A stretch of 64,000 nucleotides of DNA, from assembly GCF_009914755.1 (NCBI RefSeq), contig NC_060936.1. The stretch is one strand, 5' to 3'. This stretch comes from the human T2T-CHM13v2.0 reference genome, Homo sapiens. The position numbers and the translations under genes are program-made. How positions within the stretch are numbered: the first letter of the stretch is position 1; each line of letters begins with the position of its first letter. Under the pieces are notes generated by a model that saw only the letters and a program-made list of their open reading frames with translations, made no database searches and had not been told where the DNA came from. This document shows, piece after piece, positions 40,166-54,142 of this stretch.

Positions 40166-43100
40166 ATCAAACATGTTGGAAGCTCACCTCTTCCCCATTC
40201 TTCACACACACCCTTATATATCCTTCAGCCTGACCACCTGGAAAATCCACAGGATATATTAGCATGATAAAGACCCCAAGAAAAACTGCAGCACAAACAA
40301 AACTAACAAGAGCCTATTTATTTTTGTCTCTTTCAAAATTTCCCAAACTGAGTTGAAGAAAGACCTTCTTTTGTGTGTGTTTTCCTGATTGTGTGTTTTC
40401 TGAGTCCGGTGTGCCTTGGATCACCTTTTGGGAAGCACTCAGTTGTGTGCTTCTTGGATGGAATTCCTCACAAGGCCAGTGCTTTTTCCTGTATTGCCTT
40501 GCCGAGCTCTTGATCTTCAATTGCTACCACAAACTGAGCACATACGTTGTGCACCAGTTATGTGGTGCTCACGAGTGGTCTACATCTAACAACTTTATGC
40601 AATAATGTATCATTATACTCATCTTACAGATGAATAAAGAGAGGCTGAGAATATCAGGAGTTTGCTCCAAATCAACCGTGAGTAGCAGAGTCAGAGTTCG
40701 GACCCATCAGGGTGCAAAGTTTTCATGCACCCGGAGTCTGTGATCTAACCGCTCCTTTCCACTCCTAGAAGCTGAAAAGCCAAAAGCTACACTTTTATCT
40801 TTTACAACACGAAGGCTGTCACTAAAGAAATCTCATCTCTCAGTTAATTTCTTCAGAGGATGCCAGTTTCCTAAAATCCTACCTGTCTCCAGTTCATGAG
40901 GAGCTGAAACTGTGTTTTAAATCCAGAGGGAACGGCCAACAGCCCCTCTTCTTTGGTGGCGCATTTATAAACAGATGCAAGACAGGAAATAGGTATCCCA
41001 CACCCCTGCCCCAGGGTGTCTGTGGACAGAACAAAGAGCAGGGTTCTGTGCCTAGCCAGCGTGCAGAGCCTATAATGTGATTGCTGCCTGATGGTGCGAA
41101 ATGGATTCAAGGCTCGGGTCCATCTGGTTTGTGTATCGTGAACGAGCTGTTAAAGTGTCAGGACTTAACTTCTCTGGATTTGAGGAAGTCTCATGAGGTT
41201 TTATGGAGCAGTTAAGATGGGTGTAAACCTCACTGGCGGGATCAGCTTCTCCTATATGATCTGAGACGTGCATAGTTCATAGGATCAAGAAGCATGAGTT
41301 AGAAATAAGAGGATGGACCCCGAGAAAATTAGGGAGCTGAGATGTAGAATCCAGACTGCATTGAGTATCTGCCATCACAAGCAGATACTGTTTGTGAGCC
41401 TTAGTATCTCCTCTGTGACATGTGGACAATATTATCTTGTCCAATCCACAAGGCTGTTTGGATATGAAAGATAATGAGAGTTGTAAAGTTTCTTACTAAT
41501 GGGAAGTGTGGTTACTAGCTTCCTTTCATTTCCTCCCTTGGAAATAGCTAGAAAAGGTTACAGGGACCTTGTCTCCTGTTCCTGTTCTCCCTCTCTCCTC
41601 TTCAGAATTAGGCAGTATCATCTTACTAAAAGATATTCAAGAATAACTTGCAGTTGCTGTGGGTTCTAGCCTTGGAAAGAATATAAGAACATGGCCCCAG
41701 GCTGAGTAAGGGGAAACAGGAGATGGAGTGGTTATAAAACATGTCTGCAAATCCCTCGATACACTTCTCATAAAAAATGGCACTGAAATCTTCTCTCCTT
41801 GACTATGTACCAGGCTAACAAATAGAATATGGTAGAAGTTATGGTCTATGACTTTTGAGGCTAAGTTGATGATAGTCGCTCTAGCCCCTGCTCTGGTTCT
41901 CCTGCTTGGGACACTCACCCTTGGATTTCTAGGACTTGATACATCTCTTTTTCTCTCCCTTTCATCCACATCTTGGTTTTCTTGCTCTCTTGTATAAGAC
42001 CTCATTTTCTTCTTCTGAAAATGGGTCTGCTGTGTGTGGCTGGGGTTGGAGATGTGTCTACAGAGAGTCCTATAACTACATTCTTACCATTTTCCTCTCC
42101 CAGTTTCTTGATGTAAATTTCAAGGAAAGAACTCCAACTGGCTCTGTTTGGATCATGTGCCCATTCATGACCCAATCAATCACTGCAACCAAAGGGATGA
42201 AACACCATTATTGGCCAATATAGGTCACATGTCTAGCCCTTGGGCTTTAGTGGGGTAGGGGTGTCAGGAACCAGATGTAATGAGTAGAATTACTAATGGA
42301 GTAAGGGACATGGAGAAGAGACAGTTCCCCCCAAAAAGTGGGTGATTTGTGCTCAAAAAGTGGGGAGAGATGTGCAGCAATGACAAAGAGAAGACATTCA
42401 TGTCAGCAGATATCACATATATAATTTTCTAGCTGTCTTTCCTACTCAATTGTAAGCTCCATGGGTCACAGGGTTGTATCCTCAGGGCCTAGCATAGTGG
42501 CTGGTACATAATAGGTCCTCAGGATGACCCTCAGTGCTTTTTCTACCATGTTAAGCTGGGATTGGCATGAGCCCTACACAAACAGGTGAGGATTTTCTTG
42601 GTGGAATTAGCAACGATATTGCACCTATAGGATTAGAAACCACTCACTGAGTGCAAGACCTTAAACTGTTACTTATTTTCTCTGAGCTTGTTTTGTTATC
42701 TGTAAAATGGGCTCAATAATAAAACTTACCTCAAAGGGATACAGAATGGACTCGGGGGAAAGTATATGAATGAGCTAGAATGCTAATACCAAATAATGTA
42801 TTACTATCTCCAAGAGGTCTCTGGGTGAATTTTTCACCTTCTCCCTGGAGCCCAGCTAAAGGACTGGACCTTGATGATTCAATGCCACCCAGTTACACTT
42901 GCCGAAATTCACTCTGTTTTTCTCAATGTTCACATCCGTCAAATGGGAATACTGATTCCTTCCCCTTCTTACACCAGGCCATAATTCAAGGTGGAATGCC
43001 TTCCGGATGGAGGGTGCTGATTGGAGTCACTTCCTCCTCTCTCTGCTGTTATGATTCATTATCTTGCAGTGCGGCTCTTTGGTTCAGCATCAGCAGGCCC

Positions 43101-43809
43101 TCTGGGAAATAGGTTTGGAGGGGGGAAGAACATGGGAGAATAATATGTTTTTTATTTCTAATGGCATTTCCCCAACCACTGCTTCCTCCTGCACTCCGAA
43201 GCATTAGGGAATCCAACTTATATGGTGAAGCTAGCAGCTTGCTCAGTGACAGAGGAACTGGCAGGGGTGGGAAGGCCAGGTTCAGGAGTCTACATGGCAG
43301 TTGTGGGAGGCAGGGAGCTCTAACTCTGTTCTAGGAGGTTCATAATTTGCTCTAAATTTTTTGGAGTAAAATCTAGGCTTCAGTGATGACTCTTCCACTT
43401 ACCAGCTGAGGGGCTTCTCTGAGCCCGTTTCCTCACCTATAAAATGGGACTAATAGTCCCTGCTCCATCCGTATCAATGAGACCATGAGAGGGAGAGCGT
43501 CAGGAACCAACTCCCTCCTCTCTCTCCCTCAAATGTCTCAAGACAGGATGCTCCTAATTTCTCCAGCTCTTTTCCTTCAAATTCCTTTTGTTAAAGTCTC
43601 AAACTTTTATAAGACACATGGCAAAATACTCCAGAACCTATTTCAATATCTGAGGGTTTTATTGAGCACCTACTGGTGCCAGGCACTGAATTAAGCATTA
43701 GGGGTACAGCACTATGGCCCGCAATAATAGTCCCTTTCCCCATGGGATCTTAAGTTGAAGAGACAAAGGTTAAATAAATAAATGATCACTCAAACAGATA
43801 TGTGATAGC

Positions 43810-44380
43810 TGCTGACATGGATGTGCATTCTTTTTTGTTGTTCAACATCTTCCCCCCACTTTTGAGCCTAGACATTCCACTTTCTTTGAGGAAATTTCTC
43901 CTTCTCCATACCATGTGGTTAGCTGGGCCTGTTGATAATACCTAGCTGCATCCATTTTCTCAAGGGTCCACATGTGACCCTTGCTGGCCAATCACAGTCC
44001 CTTATTCTGGCTGCTGTGACTGGTTCAAAGGTGAACACATGACCCAGACAGAGCCAACTGGAGTCCCTTCCTGTACGTGTGTATGGGAGGAAGGAAATGG
44101 AAAGGATGTTAGTATGGAGCTGTCTGTTTGCAGACATTCCTTATTTACCTCCAGCCACATGGAGAAGAACGGTTTTTCAGGAGAAAAAAAAATGATGAGT
44201 CAACATACAAGAGGGAAGCAGAACCAAGATTTGGACAGGGAGGGAGAGCTGTACTTTAACATCTCCAAAGTCTGTGGGTAGCGCCATCCCTACATTTAGC
44301 TGTCACATGCAACAATAAAGCATCTTTTAAAATTAGTCTAGCTTGATTTGGGTGCCTGTGACTTACAATATAAAAGGGTT
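43810..44380 (+). mobile_element. ERVL LTR (LTR16-like)
   Basis: CTGGCCAATCACAG...GTGACTGGTTCAAAGGTGAACACATGACCCA...AATAAAGC...TGTGACTTACAA. Confidence 0.6.
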
Positions 44381-44441
44381 TGGATCTAAGCAAGTGCTTT
44401 GCAGGAAGCACGTAGAACTATACAAGGGTATAAGAGGAAGA

Positions 44442-44506
44442 ATGTGTGTGTGTGTGTGTATGTACATATACGTGTGTGTGTGTGTATATATACATATATA
44501 TATATG
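44442..44506 (+). repeat. (TG)n/(TA)n compound microsatellite
   Basis: Alternating purine-pyrimidine run. Confidence 0.9.
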
Positions 44507-44802
44507 TAAGTCCTATAGTTATAGGATTTTACTGTTACAGGCTTATTGTAGCCTGAAACAAGAAACAACTTCAAGTTCAATAGTCAGCGTGCTTGTTTCT
44601 GGACATTTATCAATCACATGCCGCCCCAGGAAATTTCTCACTAACTCCGTCTTTCTATTTTCTCTTGCCTCCACTTATATTCTCAAATCTCCTTCTTTCC
44701 AGACCCTTCTCTCTTCTTACCACTTCAATCTGTCCTTGAGATCTTACCTCCCATCTCCGATCTGCCTGCAGAAGCTAAAAGCCCATTCAGGTATCATACA
44801 GA

Positions 44803-44996
44803 GCAGGGGTTTTCAAACTTGAACATGCATCAGAATCGGAATCACCTGGAGGGCTTGTGAAAACACAGAGTACCTGGTCCCAACCCTGGAGTTCTTGACT
44901 CAGCAGGTCTGGGACCTGAGAATCTGCATTTCTAACAATTTCCCAGGCGATGCTGATGGTGCCAGTCTGGGGGCCACACTTTGGGAACAATTGCTG
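44803..44996. mobile_element. MER5A
   Basis: CAGGGGTTTTCAAACTT...GCATCAGAATC...TCACCTGGAGGGCTTGTGAAAACACAGA...CCACACTTTGGGAACAATTG. Confidence 0.9.
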
Positions 44997-45244
44997 TAGA
45001 ACAATTGGTTTTTCTCAGCCCCATTTCCACCATCCAGCCCCCATATGATAACCTCTTCTTTCTCCACTAAAGAGCTATTCCGCATTGCACTCCATCCCAA
45101 ACCAAATAACCATCTCTTTGCCTCGGTTTACTGATCTGCAAAGTGCAGATAATAATGGTACCCACCTGATAGGATAGTTTCACATAATGTGGTTAGAAGA
45201 GTTATTGGTGCATAGAACACAATACTTCAGTGTTAGCTATAATT

Positions 45245-45850
45245 TTTAGGCACTTTGCATTTCCCAAAGATGGTCAACATCTCCCATCCCGTATGTTTGT
45301 CTCATAGTGTAACATTGATGCTCCTCCCATTGTGTGTGAGAACTATGTCACCTTGAACCTGGGGGGACCTTTGTGATTGCCTTGACTAATAATAGACTAG
45401 AAGAAGTGATGCTATGTGACTGCTGAGGCTAGTTCATAAAAATGCCATGCACTCCCTCCTTGTTCTCTTAGAGGACTCATTCTTGGAGCCCAGTCTCCAT
45501 ACTGTGAGGAAGCCCAAAAGGCACACACTAACAGAACACGTGGAAAAGCTTCAGCCTCGTGTAGATGTTCTGGTCAACATCCCAGTTGATGTCACAGCCA
45601 ACAGCCTGCATCAAGTGCCTGACACGTGAGTGATGACACCTCCAGATGATTCCAGCCCCTAGCCATTGGATCACCCCCAGCTGTCAAATCTTCCAGCTGA
45701 GGCCCCAGACATTGTGGGGCAGAGACAAGCTGTTCCCATTGTGCCCCATCCAAATTCCTGACCCACAGAATGAATGAGCATAAATAAAATGGTTGTCTTA
45801 TGCCATTAAGTCTTGTAGTGGTTTATTATATAGCAGTAGTAACTAGAACA
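45245..45850 (+). mobile_element. MLT1F-like solo LTR
   Basis: CCCAAAGATGG...AGAAGTGATGCTATGTGACT...GAGGAAGCCCA...AAATTCCTGACCCACAGAAT...AACTAGAACA. Confidence 0.85.
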
Positions 45851-46199
45851 CTTATGATTAATTGATAATATATATTACTTATCCCAATAGACAAATCATC
45901 AAACATTACCATTCCCCAAGAAAGTAGGGAGTAGGGGAGTCCCCAGATTTTCTTTTTGCTGCCTCACTGTGGTGAAATGACAGGGACAGAGTGCATAGTG
46001 CTCTCTTTGCTTATGTCTCCCTCTCTCCCTCTCACCTGCTGCCAGGGCCCAGGCCTTACCCTCTCCTCACTGCCTGTCTCCTATTTCTTTGGCCCTTCTC
46101 TAGATTCCTATCCTGAATGTCCTTGGTGGGTGTGGCAGTGGATGGTGACTGCCTACTGCAGGATGGTGAAACCCAAACCAAATTTTCTCTTCCCAGCCA

Positions 46200-46760
46200 A
46201 TGGGACCTGCTATTCTGAGTCTGTGAACAGCCAGCTTAAAAAACTCTCCAATGGCTCCCAGTTGCTTTTAGGACAAAGGCCGAGATGCTTCCCAGAACCT
46301 ACAAAGTCCTGTGGGTCCTACCTACCCCTCTTCCCTCAAAGTGTGCTTTGGGCTTCTGCACTTTCAGTACTCCAGCTGCACTGAGTGCCTTTTGATTCCT
46401 TGAATGCTGCATCAGGCCTCAGACACCAGGCCTTTGTCCATGCTGTTCCTTCCGCCTGGGTTGCTTTTCCCTTCCCAAGTTGACTCCTACACCGTTTTCA
46501 GATCTCGGTGCCAGTCTCCCTTCTGCAAGAACCTTTCTGGGCTCCTGCTATTGCATGTGCCTGGAGTACTGCATCCTTTGCCTCTTGCAAATTTACAACC
46601 ATACCTTGAGCATTGGTTTGATGTCTGTTTGCACCATAGATTTTAAGCCTTTTAAACCTTAAACTTGCTTGTTTTTCCCCCTCGTATTGCTCCACTAAAT
46701 GTAGCGTGGTGCTTGGCACATTGTAGGTGCTGAATAAATATTTGCAGAATAAATGATTAA
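46200..46760 (+). mobile_element. L2 3' region
   Basis: CTTAAAAAACTCTCCAATGGCTCCCA...GGCCTTTGTCCATGCTGTTCCTTCCGCCTGG...GGCACATTGTAGGTGCTGAATAAATATTTG. Confidence 0.8.
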
Positions 46761-47916
46761 ACCAACACACATAATAACCTTTGTTCTGTGCTTGATCTTC
46801 TGGTCAAATTTTTGCAAGCAGTAGAGCCCTTCCAGAAATGACAGAGAAGAAATGCAGTTGTGATGTGAAGTTAGGGCATGCAGAATTCTACCTATTGTAC
46901 TTTGCATTCTCAACAGGAGCCTTGGAAGAGGCGGCAAGGGTGGCAGTTCAGGGACAGACTGCCTGGGCTGGCGTTCTGATTTGCCGAAGGTAGTAAGCAA
47001 CTATCTCTGTGACCTTGAACAAAGTACTGAACTGCATCTCTGTAAAATGGGGAGAATAATCATTCTACTTCATAGGATTGTTATACGCTATAAGCGCTAA
47101 CATATGTACAACCCTGAGACCTGAGCCTAGCTCACAATAAGGGCTCTGAGTTTGCTGTTGTTATTGTTGTTGATTATTACGGTTGTTGTTGTTTTTATTG
47201 TTATTAGAAAGACTCCACTTTGTCAGGCTGCTCTGTCTCCATCCTATTGCCCTCTCCAGGTGCCTATACAGAGTCAGCCCTTGTGCTGCTCATTTACAAA
47301 TAGCTGCTTGGTGTCTCCCCTCATCTCCACTCCTCTGGATTCCAGAACTTCCCACACAGGAGCCCAGCCCTGGACAGTGACGGTGACCCATGGAGAATGC
47401 ATCATGCCTGTCAGGGTCCTGTTGGTTCAGCGGCTGGGGAGGCAGTGCCCTGCTGGGAACGATCACTTCCCATGAAGATGGATGGCTTTCTCTGTCCCGG
47501 CGACACTAACTGCGAGAGATGGGGGAACCTGCTGCAGGAGGGAAGGGGCAGTTTGTATTAAGTGGTCACTGGGCCCAGTGGGGAAGTATGAGGGGGGCAT
47601 GGAGGCTTATTTCACTGTTTCAATAACACCAGCCTTGCAGACTGACAAGACTTCTCCCCTCGGAGAGCTAACTGCTCAGCCGTCCACGTGTTTCTTTGCA
47701 CACTGGTAAAGCCCAGGGGTTACCGGCATGCATTTTGGAATCAGCTGGCTTGTGAATAAGTCCTTGCTTTGCCGTTTCCTTGGCTGCTAAATTTGGACCC
47801 ACTATTTAACTTCCCTTTGGTCTCTGTTTCTTAATGAAATAATAGTATCCACCTTGTTAAGTTACGCTGTGAAGTCTGAGAGACCTGCATGTGAAGCCCT
47901 AAGAGAGGCTGGAGAG

Positions 47917-48137
47917 CAGGGGTGCCAAACGTGTTCAGTAATGGATCAGCAGATCAATCTTTTGGGCTCTGTGGTCCGTAAGATCTCTGTTGCAGATACT
48001 CAACTCTGCCAGTGTAGCCCCAAAGCAGCCATAGATAATAGATACATAATCAGGCATGGTTGTGTTCTAATAAAACTTTACATAAAAAGCAGGCAACGGT
48101 GAGATTTTGCCTGTGGGTTGTAGTTTGTAAGCCCTGG
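47917..48137. mobile_element. MER58A
   Basis: CAGGGGTGCCAAAC...CTCAACTCTGCCAGTGTAGCCCCAAAGCAGCCATAGATAA...GTAGTTTGTAAGCCCTG. Confidence 0.85.
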
Positions 48138-48374
48138 ACTAAAGCCTAGTCCTCAAGAGCAGGGGCCATGGATCCCGGCTGCACCTGGGTTTAGATCTCA
48201 GCTCTGACACTCACAAGCTGTGTGAGCTTTCTTCACCTGCTGGCAGTTGTAAGAATTTTGTGAGTCATACATTGATAGGCCAAGGACTTGCAATGGTGTT
48301 TAGGAAACGTTAAACACAACTTAAGTGTTTGCTCTCATTTTCATTATTACAGAGTGAGTATAAAACAGGTCCCA

Positions 48375-48934
<560 letters not shown>

Positions 48935-49069
48935 TCAGGAAATATGTGTGGAATGAATGTATGATGCTTAAAGAATTGGCACACAAAGAGAGTCAGATAG
49001 CTTAATGGTTAAGAGAGGTGCTCTGCAGCCAGCCAACCTGGGGTTGAATCCTAGCACGGTTCTTTTCTA

Positions 49070-49121
49070 TCAGGTTGGTGCAAAAGTAATTGTGGTTTTT
49101 GCCATTAAAAGTAATGGCAAA
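49070..49121. mobile_element. MADE1 partial, inserted in a MIR
   Basis: TCAGGTTGGTGCAAAAGTAATTGTGGTTTTTGCCATTAAAAGTAATGGCAAA. Confidence 0.88.
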
Positions 49122-49834
49122 TAGCTGTGAAATTTCCCTTGCCTAGCTTCTTTGAACATCTGTTTTCTTCACAATTTCATAGATTATTGGGAGGATTATG
49201 TGGGATAATGTCTTAAAGTGATGATGAACTCATCTTCATCAATCATTGATGATGATGGTGATGGTGGTGATGAAGAAAGAGGACACCTTGCCCTTGGTCA
49301 AATTTATTCTTAGTCACCCATCATTGGCTGCCAGAATACTGGGACCTGTGTTGAAGCATCATTTTTGGCACAGCCATCCCTGCTAAGACATGGGAGGAAC
49401 TTCCCTGGAACATCCAGATGGAGGCTGGGGACCACACTCAAGGAGAACAGGCCTGTGAATGAGAAGATCTGGCTTCTCATTTTAGGCACAACAAACCCAT
49501 TCCTCTGTGTCTCTGGGCAAGTCAATCCCTGCCCCTTGTCAGAGTCTGCACTTTCCTCTTCCTAAGCCAAGTGGGTGGACACAAGGGAAGGGAACTCAGA
49601 TTCAATGAATCCTACATGTGGAGTCTGTTAACGTAGGACTCCCTAAAGACACCATGACTATACTTTTGTTCCTTCAAATCACCCTTTCAAGAACTTTCAA
49701 GTTTGTTAAGCCTTGACTGTTACCATTGGTGCCTAGTACTGCACCCAGTACATCGAAGGCAATTGAGTATATTTTCCCCCAAATAAATCATAAAATAACC
49801 GCTAACAATGAATTAGGACTTAATTTAAGGGATT

Positions 49835-50229
49835 TTGTTGAGTCAGATTCTCCTCTCTGAGATGAAGATGAACATACAAGAGGTTTGGGGAAGATGTGCA
49901 GAATCAGTAGCAGGGGAAGTGAAAGAAAGGAAGCAGGAGTGGGAAAAGGAAGAAGCCAGGTTTACAGTCTGAACAAGGGCCTCAGTCAACCCCACGGGGA
50001 GCTCTAAAGCCAGATAAATTTCAGAGTTTCCCCCAGTTAGGGTAAGGGATGCAGTTGTCCTGGGAAGATGGGGGATACTTGGATGACATAGCTCTCTTTG
50101 CGGCTATGGCAATTCCCAAAGAAGACTGACAGCAGAGGAGTAGCAGGTGGCAGCACCCCTAGGATGTGAGAGAATAGGTCCCTCACTCCCAAAGGGAGAG
50201 CTGGGTAGCATATTACAGTATCCACTACA
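49835..50229 (-). mobile_element. ERVL-type LTR (LTR33-like)
   Basis: Ends GGGAGAGCTGGGTAGCATATTACAGTATCCACTACA; internal GCCTCAGTCAACCCCACGGGGAGCTCT. Confidence 0.55.
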
Positions 50230-50839
50230 ACTATGTTATCCCTGTTTGCAAATGAGGAAATTGAGGTGCAGAGACATAATATAAATTGCTCAAGAGCTCA
50301 GCATTAGTAAGAAGAGTGCTAAAATTCCAATCCAAGTCTGTTTGGCTCCAAATCAACTTGATTCTTGTTATACTCAGAAGTTGCCAAAAGATACACTGAA
50401 GGGGGCATATTTGTCCAACTCTTCTGGTCAATGAGGGCAGCAGCAGAGTGGGTTGGCACAGAGAGCAATGGAGGGGAGAGGAAATAGGTCAAGAAACACA
50501 TCAGACCAGAGCAGATATTTTAGTGAATAAGAATTTCTCCTGCCATTAAAATAATTAGCTGGTTAGAAAAGGTCAACCCCCAGAGGAATGAGAATGCCAT
50601 CATTTACCTCTTCCTCCGAGACAGCCATCTTTGCTTCCTTCAAAGAGTAAATTCAGAGTGAGTCCTGGTTAAGAATCTTGGTTCTGGGGTTCAGGATATC
50701 TGGCTGTGAAGTTTTCTGTCTCCCTTTTCTAGCCGTATGGGCAGATTATTGACTCTGATTTTCTACCTCCTTATCAACTAAACGAAGGTATTAACAGTAT
50801 TTACCTATGGCTGTTGTTGGAGCTAAGTGAGATAAAGTC

Positions 50840-51139
50840 TTTTTTTTCTTTTCTTTTTTTTTTTTTTTTTTGACAGTGTCTTGCTCTGTAGCCCAGGCTG
50901 GAGTGCAGTGGCATGATCTCGGCTCACTGCAACGTCTGCCTCCCGGGCTCAAGTGATTCTCCTGCCTCAGCCTCCTGAGTAGCTGTGATTACAGGTGTGC
51001 ACCACCATGCCCAGCTAATTTTTGTATTTTGTATGTTTTGCCATGTTGGTCATGCTGGTTCTTGAACTCCTGAGCTTAACTGATCTGCCTGCCTTGGCCT
51101 CCCACAGTGTGGGGATTACAGTCTTGAGCCACCGGGCCC
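50840..51139 (-). mobile_element. Alu (old S/J)
   Basis: Dimer with long T tract and small deletion. Confidence 0.93.
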
Positions 51140-52186
51140 GTCCATGAGGTAAAATCTTTAAAGTGCCTGTCATCTTAGTAGGTGCTAAATACAGGTTACT
51201 ACTAGACTTCATAACTTCAAATTCTGTACGTGGACCTGTTCTTTTGTCTCTTCTGAGTACAGTCTCCTGAAGATTGTTCTGACCAAACCTTTCTATGGAG
51301 AAAACAGAGCTGTTATTGCTTTAAGTGATTTGTAGGGTGTTTTGGTTTCAATAAAATGTGTATGGAGAGGTGACATTGTCTTAGGGATCAAAAAGATTAA
51401 ACAGCAAACCTGCTATTTTTCTGTGTACACTTTCAGGAAAATCATTTCAATTTATGTTTTAAAAGACGCTAAGTGACAGCGATGCCTCATTTGAAATCAG
51501 AAAGAATGAACTTTCATTCAACACAACCATATGCTTTCTTTGATGGCTTGAATGGTTAGGGAATATGTGACATTAAATTCAGCAGTTTCCCACTCATCAA
51601 GCATGGTTTTTTCATAATTCTTGATTGGCATATGGTGTCTGAGCTTAGCTTGGACCCCAACTCCAGGAAGTGTAGATGCCTGCTGAAGAGGGGCTTCAAA
51701 TACTAACTGATCAATCATTAAAATTACAGTGAGTTCATTTCAGTTCCCTTTAGATCAATCAGCACTCACTGAAGACCTCTATGTATGAAGGAAGGGGAAG
51801 AGAGAGGGAGAGAATGAGGAAAGAAGAAATAGGACTGGAGAGAAGGAAAAAAAAAAAAGAAAAAGGCAGGAGAAAGCTGAGTCCATGTTTCATGGATAGA
51901 CAAGGTTTCATCTGGAGTCATCTTTTCTTAGCTATGGGATCCTAAACACATTACTTAATTCTTTCAAACCTCGGTTCCCCTCATCTATAAAAAATGAAAA
52001 CAAAATACCTATTTTAGAAAATTTTAAAGTCATAAGTGTATGAGATATGTGATACCAAGTGTGATATTCAATACAGAGCAGGTGCTCAACAATTTTTCCA
52101 CCTTCTTCAGAATCATTAAAAAAAAAAACCAAACCATTAGCACTGCTTTTTTAAAACAGATGACCACTCAAGGACAGTCTCTTCGT

Positions 52187-52490
52187 AGAGGACTATCTGC
52201 ATCATTTGCAGGACCTGGTGCCAAATGAAAATGTGGGTCCCTTGTTCTAGAAAACTCGGTTCAGGTATTGCACATGTTAAATGCAGGTGCAGGACACGAA
52301 ATGGTGGAGGAGATGCCGATGACATGTCTCCTCTGCTCGTTGTCCCGTCACACTTCACATGCAACAAAAAGATACAATTATTAAGTGTTTTAGGGTGGTG
52401 ACAGGGGAGCATCAGACCAAAGGAGGAGAAGCCCCTCAGCGTGTAGGCTCTCGGTGACTGCGCAGGTTGCAGGCTATGAAGCTGGCCCTG
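52187..52490 (-). mobile_element. MER45-family hAT-Tip100
   Basis: Reverse complement of CAGGGCCAGCTTCATAGCCTGCAACCTGCGCAGTCAC...AACAAGGGACCCACATTTTCATTTGGCACCAGG. Confidence 0.75.
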
Positions 52491-52583
52491 TCTCCATAAC
52501 ACAATTGAGGTGAAAAGCCTCCTGAATAGGCTGGCCTGGGGAAGTTTATCCCTGAGTTCCTAGTGCTTTCTTGCTGCTTTGGA

Positions 52584-52626
52584 AACCAACCTTTGATTTC
52601 TGCAATCCAGGAGATGATGCCATCTT
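52584..52626 (+). repeat. Short local duplication, copy A (partner 54569-54611)
   Basis: 39/43 identical. Confidence 0.9.
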
Positions 52627-52989
52627 TGATATCCAATGCCCTGCAGACACCTGTAGTCATTCTACCCTCACGAACTCCCTAGGAAGTGGTCACAATTATT
52701 AGCCCCAACCCACAGAGGGAGAAAATGAGGCAGAAAGCAGTGGCAAGACTTGCCCCAAATCAAATGGTTATTGGGCACTTGAGTTGAGATTCGAACCTAG
52801 ATCTCTTTTGTACCAACCTCTGGGTAGCTGCCTCTATTTCACTGGACCACAGATGCTCCCAAACCCCCACACACCTGCACTCATGTGGACATGTCCAGTC
52901 CCCATGTCTCCACCAGACCTCTTCTAATCTAGCTCTGAACTTTTCAAAGACAATAAGTCTGAAGAGTGATACATTCAGTCAACTCCAAA

Positions 52990-53470
52990 AATAAAACGGA
53001 TGCCGGTGGATACATCTATGAATGATACAATGTATTGGCTGGTTTCACTGTTAATTAATGCAGAGAAGAATCATTAAATCAGATCAAATTCATTTAAAAA
53101 CAGTTCAGCTCTGCTCTGCTCGCCTCTCCTCCCCATTGTGAGGGCCGTATGGATGGCTGGGGGGAGGGAGGGAAAAGGGAACAGATACAGCGATTTAATT
53201 TTTCAAGTAACACTGTTCAAATAAAAATACATTTGTTCGAATGAGATTGCCCTGAAACAGCGTTTGCATTGATGGCTCTGAGAGTAATTCTATTAAGCCG
53301 GAGCATATTTTTCATCAGGAGGCAGGAAAAGAGGGCGAGAGAGTAGGGGAGAGAAAGAGGGACTGGAAGCCGAATGTAACCTTACAGAGCTGCAAAAATC
53401 AAACACTTTAACCCATTTTATCTCAAGGTTCTCCACTAAAGTTATTAACCATTCTGTTTCCTGCCATGGC
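52990..53470. promoter_or_regulatory. Candidate conserved non-coding element / developmental enhancer
   Basis: No repeat recognised; retained CpGs; clustered TAAT/ATTA motifs (TTAATTAA, CATTAAATCA, GATTTAATT), SOX-like CATTGT, G4 motif at 53159-53179. Confidence 0.45.
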
Positions 53471-53654
53471 ATTCAGAAGGTTTTGCCTTATCTCAGACAT
53501 GCTAGGCCTCTGGGGTTCAGCCAGGCAGGCTGCCACATCTGGGAATATACACCCAGTATCTGCTGGGGCCAGGAAAGTTGAGAATCATACAGGCTGTAAA
53601 GAGTTTTTGTCTTCATTGCTCCTGGAGAGAAAAACAGCTCAAGAAATGACTGAG

Positions 53655-54142
53655 TGTGTGTGTGTAGATGCATGCACACACACACGCATACACACATGCT
53701 CATACACACATACAGTATGCACACACGTGCACACCACATAGATATAGTATATATACACGTAAATACATATATACATGTACATACACATGATGATATATGC
53801 ACATAATTTGCATATATTAAAAATTACCTTTGCATGAGTATATATGCATACCTACCCCATTCATATGCACATAGATATACATATGTATAAACATATACAT
53901 ATAAAATACGTATGTACATATGCATGCGAGGTGCATATATACACTTGCATACATTGTCATAATCACCTTTGGATGAAACTCGGCATGTACATGCATGCGC
54001 ACATACACATATATGTATACAACATACATACACATATGCATATTATGCAATACACATTTACACATGCATATATAATATATATTCACTTTTGGATGACTTT
54101 GTATGTATATATACGCACACATATACACATTCTAACATGTAC
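53655..54142. repeat. ~490-bp (CA/TA/TG) alternating purine-pyrimidine low-complexity tract
   Basis: Continuous RY periodicity with internal repeat CAC(C/T)TTTGGATGA. Confidence 0.9.

Noticed and set aside
46917-46992. Candidate exon with acceptor ttctcaacag
   Set aside because: Overlaps the 5' part of a MIR and the donor is ambiguous.
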